Assembly: GCF_009914755.1 (NCBI RefSeq)
Contig: NC_060927.1
Source of the DNA: the human T2T-CHM13v2.0 reference genome, Homo sapiens
Length of the DNA: 64,000 bases
Direction: 5' to 3' (one strand)
Under the pieces are notes generated by a model. The model was given only the letters and a program-made list of their open reading frames with translations, ran no database searches and was not told the origin of the DNA. The position numbers were made by a program, and so were the translations under genes. Shown one piece after another: positions 58,293 through 64,000 of this stretch; the stretch's first letter is position 1, and every line of letters begins with the position of its first letter.

Positions 58293-60048
58293 AATATTGT
58301 GGGTTTGATTGGCTGCACTTCTCTTAGCCTTCTCTTCCCACCGTCATGTTGTTACAGTAGTTTAGGAGCAGTGCTCTCTTTCCATCCAAAACATATAGAC
58401 TCTGAATCATTTCTGCCTCAATTTATTTTAAAAGACAGCACGATTTGTATGATTACAAAGTGAAAATTAATATTACTTCAAAGCCCGTACTACCTTGACA
58501 CCTTATTTTCATAGAGAACCGGACCTCTGATAGGAGGCTTGAACTAATAACGAAGCCTCCGGAATAATAGAAAGACATTATTGTTTTTTATCTTAAAAGA
58601 ATTTAAAGAATAGCTTAAAACAAAAAGAACTTAAGGGCAAGAGAATGCATGAAAACTCAGTGGGGAAGATTCCCTTTGCAAGAGCTAGCAGTGGTTGCCT
58701 TGACAACATGTCACAGGCACCTGAAGTGTTTGACCCGCCCAGTCCTCTTTCAAGTGCTCACAGAGGTGGGGCACTTTGTCTAGCAGATCTCCGGCTCTGG
58801 ATTACTTGTTCTCCCTCAGAGTCAGAAATTAACCTTTTCCTGAAGGTTTTTTCTTTAGTTAGGAGGGGAAAGGCAGTACCTTTGTTTTAGCTGAAATGAT
58901 TTGGCAGCTTACTTATTTTTAGGATGGTTGGTGTTGACACATAAGGGGTAGTGTAGTCTGTCACCTTGAGGCCAGGGACCACATCTCATTAATAGACGGT
59001 ACACTTGCAGTTGACCTCATGAGGAGCTGTGCCCACTCTGTGCTTGCCGGTCAAAAACATATGAGGTGTGTTTTTCATCGCTTCAGCCAGGACAGTATTC
59101 TCGCAGTCTTCAGCCTTAACTAAAGAGGGATGTCTCCTGGGGCTGCCCAGCAAATGTAGCTCTTCAAGGAAGTTATTTGTTTTGTCCGCAGTTCCAGCTG
59201 GTAGTCATGAGCCCAGTCAGGTCATCCCCATCAAGGATGTACACTCTGGCTAATAGAATAGAATTTCCTGATGTAATGCTTGTTGAGTGCTTTCAGGAGA
59301 CAGGATCTTGGCTCATCTTGGAGACCTCAGTTTTGGTGATGGATCTGGCTATTAACACTTGGTGGGCATGGTCTGTCGCCCCTCGGAGCCTCAGCTTCTT
59401 GCCAAGGGAATGCTTCTTGTCATAAGATTAGGTTACTCTTTAAATGCCTTAGAAAATAAGGGTACAAAATCTCTCTCTTCCTGACTGAATCAGGCCTCCA
59501 GATCAGTCTTCTACATCAGCCAGGTACAACATTTGATAGAATGGGAGACTACAGTTATACGGATACGATGGGCATCAGGAGTAGTATTTAAAAGGTCTTG
59601 AAGATGAGATTGTTATTCCATGAAAATAACAAGGATTATTTTTACATATACTTACAGCAGTGGTTCTCAAACTTTGGCAAGCATCAGAATCACCAAGAGG
59701 GCTTGTTAAAGCACAGATCTCTGGCCCCATCCTCAGTTTCTGAATGTGTAGGTCTGTGATTTTGTTTTTCTATTCAGAAAAAGGAATCTTAGGAATGATC
59801 ATGCTTCCAAACCTTATTAGGTAGGAATCAAAATACAGGCCCATCATCAATTCTTTCTGACATAAGGTAGAACATGAATGAATAATAAAAACAACTTTTG
59901 GAAAAACTAGGTAATGTTTTGCAAATACAAGACTTACTTTTAATAACTTCCTTTTACTGTGAAATACTAGACATATATAGACTAGAGCATAAAACGTGTA
60001 TGTATAACTTAATACATTATAGTAATGTATAGCTACTACCTAGATTGA

Positions 60049-60904
<856 letters not shown>

Positions 60905-61472
60905 TATCTTAACCATTTTTAAGTGCCAGTTCATTGCTATTAAGTACATTCATATTGTGGTGCAACCATTATCACTCTTCATCTCCAGATGAACTCCTTA
61001 CCTACATACAGTTTTTAAAGTTGTATCAATGGAATAACATAGTATGTGTTCTTTGGTGTCTAGCTTTAACTCAACACTTTTTCCCCTCTATTTTTTATTA
61101 TAACAATACAAATTTTCAAACACTTAGAAAGGTTGAAAGAATAGTACAATAAACATTCATATACCTTTCACCTAGATTCAATAATTATTGCTGTATTCAC
61201 TTTATCTCTTTTTATTTATACATATTATATATATATATTTCTCCCCCTGAATTATTTGAGTATGTATTGCAGACATCATGGCTCTTGACCCCAAAGTACT
61301 TCAGCATTCCTATCTGAGTAAGTAGGAGGTTTTCTGACACAGCCATAATACCATTTTGAAAACTAAGAAAATTAACAGTAATTCCATAATGTTATTTATA
61401 ATCCAGTTTATATGGGAATTTCCCACTTGCCCCAAGAATGTCTTTTATAGTTTTTACTCTAGATAAGTCCCC

Positions 61473-62046
61473 TGCATTAGTTTTCTGCTGCTACCATAAC
61501 AAATTATCACAAACTTAGCATCTTAAAACAACATCAGCGTATTATCTGACAGTTTCTGTAGGTCAGAAGTTTGGGTGAGCTTGATAGGGTCCTCTGCGAG
61601 GGTCTTACAAGGCCAAAATCAAGGTGTTGGTAGAGCTGTGTTCCTTACTGGGTCCTCTGGGGAAAAATCCACTTCTGAGATCATTTAGGTTGTTGGTTGA
61701 ATTCACTTCCTTGGCAACTGTAGGACAGGTCCCTGTTTCCATACTGGTCATCAGCCAGGGATTGGTCTTTGCTTCTAGAGGCTGCTTGCATTTCTTCTCA
61801 AGCCTTCCACATGGCCCCCTCCAGCAATGCATTCCCTCTCATGCTTCAGATCTCTCCCATTCCAGCCAGAGGAAGATTTCTGCTTTTGCATACCCATTTG
61901 ATTACATTGGGCCACCTGGATAATTTAGGATACCCTTCTTATTTTAATTACATCTGCAAAATTCCTTTTGCCATTTAACTAACATATTCACAGGTTCAAG
62001 GGATTAGGGCATGGACATCTTTGAGGTGGTAATTCAGCCTACCACA
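61473..62046 (-). mobile_element. MaLR solo LTR (MLT1D/E-like)
   Basis: TGCATTAGTTTTCTGCTGCTACCATAACAAATTATCACAAAC...ATTCAGCCTACCACA. Confidence 0.75.
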
Positions 62047-62055
62047 TCCTTCTGC

Positions 62056-63243
<1,188 letters not shown>

Positions 63244-63264
63244 CAATTTTTATTTTTTAATGGT

Positions 63265-63659
63265 TGTTATGGACTGAATGTATCCCTCTAAAATTCATAT
63301 ATTGAATCTCTAATCCCCAATGTGATGACACTAGGAAGTAAAGCCCTTGGGAGATAATTAGGTTTAGATGAGGACATGAGGATGGGATCCTCATGATGAA
63401 ATTAGTACCCTTATATGAAGAGACCAGATAGCCCTCCCGCCGAGTCCGTATCTCTCCCTGCCATGTAAGGACACAGCAATATGACAGACAAGTCAAGAAG
63501 TCAAGACAGGCAAGTCAGGAAGAGGGTCCTCACCAAGAACCCAATCAGCCAGCCCCTTGGTCTTGGTTTCCCAACCTTCAGAACTGTGAAAAATAAATGT
63601 TTGTTGTTTAAGCTACCCAGTCTGTACTATTTTGTTATAGCAGCCCAAGCTGACGAAGA
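63265..63659 (+). mobile_element. MaLR solo LTR (MLT1A/B-like)
   Basis: TGTTATGGACTGAATG...AATAAATGTTTGTTGTTTAAGC...TTTGTTATAGCAGCCCAAGC. Confidence 0.8.
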
Positions 63660-63769
63660 TAAATCGCTTGTACCTCTACTTTTTGTTTTCTATATAATTT
63701 AAGAGACTAATACATTTAAAAAAATTATTAACCTAAAAGCTATTCTTGAAACTTTGGTTTGAAACTCCA

Positions 63770-64000
63770 CTGTTTGTTGTCTACATAATTTAAGAGAAGA
63801 ATACGTTATAAAAAACAACTATTACTTTATGTTTTTTGATACACAGTGTATAAAGATGTAATTATATGACATCAATAACTGAAAAGATTAGGGACGGAGC
63901 TGTATAGAGGCAGTTCATGTATGTTACTGAAGTTGAGCTGGTATAAATTCAAATGGGAATGTTATAACTTTTGGGTGTTAAATATAATCCCCATGGTAAC
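63770..64000 (+). mobile_element. Old L1M fragment (ORF1/ORF2 spacer-like), runs off the window
   Basis: TATAAAGATGTAAT...GAAGTTGAGCTGGTATAAATTCAAA...TGTTATAACTTT...AATCCCCATGGTAAC. Confidence 0.55.

Overview
Primate genomic DNA, almost certainly human, holding the 5' part of LARS2 (mitochondrial leucyl-tRNA synthetase) on the + strand. It contains a CpG-island promoter (~20750-21150), two non-coding exons (exon 1 ends 21046; exon 2 is 23945-24010) and four coding exons (26793/26814-27047, 32605-32733, 49841-49932, 52029-52089). These splice in frame into the first 172 codons, including the mitochondrial presequence and the class I HMGH (HIGH) motif; the gene continues past the window. The upstream ~20 kb and the introns are mostly transposable-element relics: about 30 Alus, a full-length antisense L1PB, an internally collapsed old L1, solo LTRs (LTR10C-, MER9-, LTR22- and MaLR-like), MIRs and DNA-transposon relics. 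Almost all ORFs in the supplied track are Alu/L1-derived or chance. I see no convincing evidence of a wholly new biological system. The best second-look items are a probable ancient L1 3' transduction carrying a MER41 fragment, a two-uORF 5'UTR with one uORF in an Alu-bracketed weak-donor exon, a promoter-proximal MIR with a perfect Pol III B box, and a cryptic donor just before the HMGH codons. Repeat family names are from recalled consensus sequences, not a RepeatMasker run; repeat boundaries are approximate unless TSDs or TIRs are quoted.
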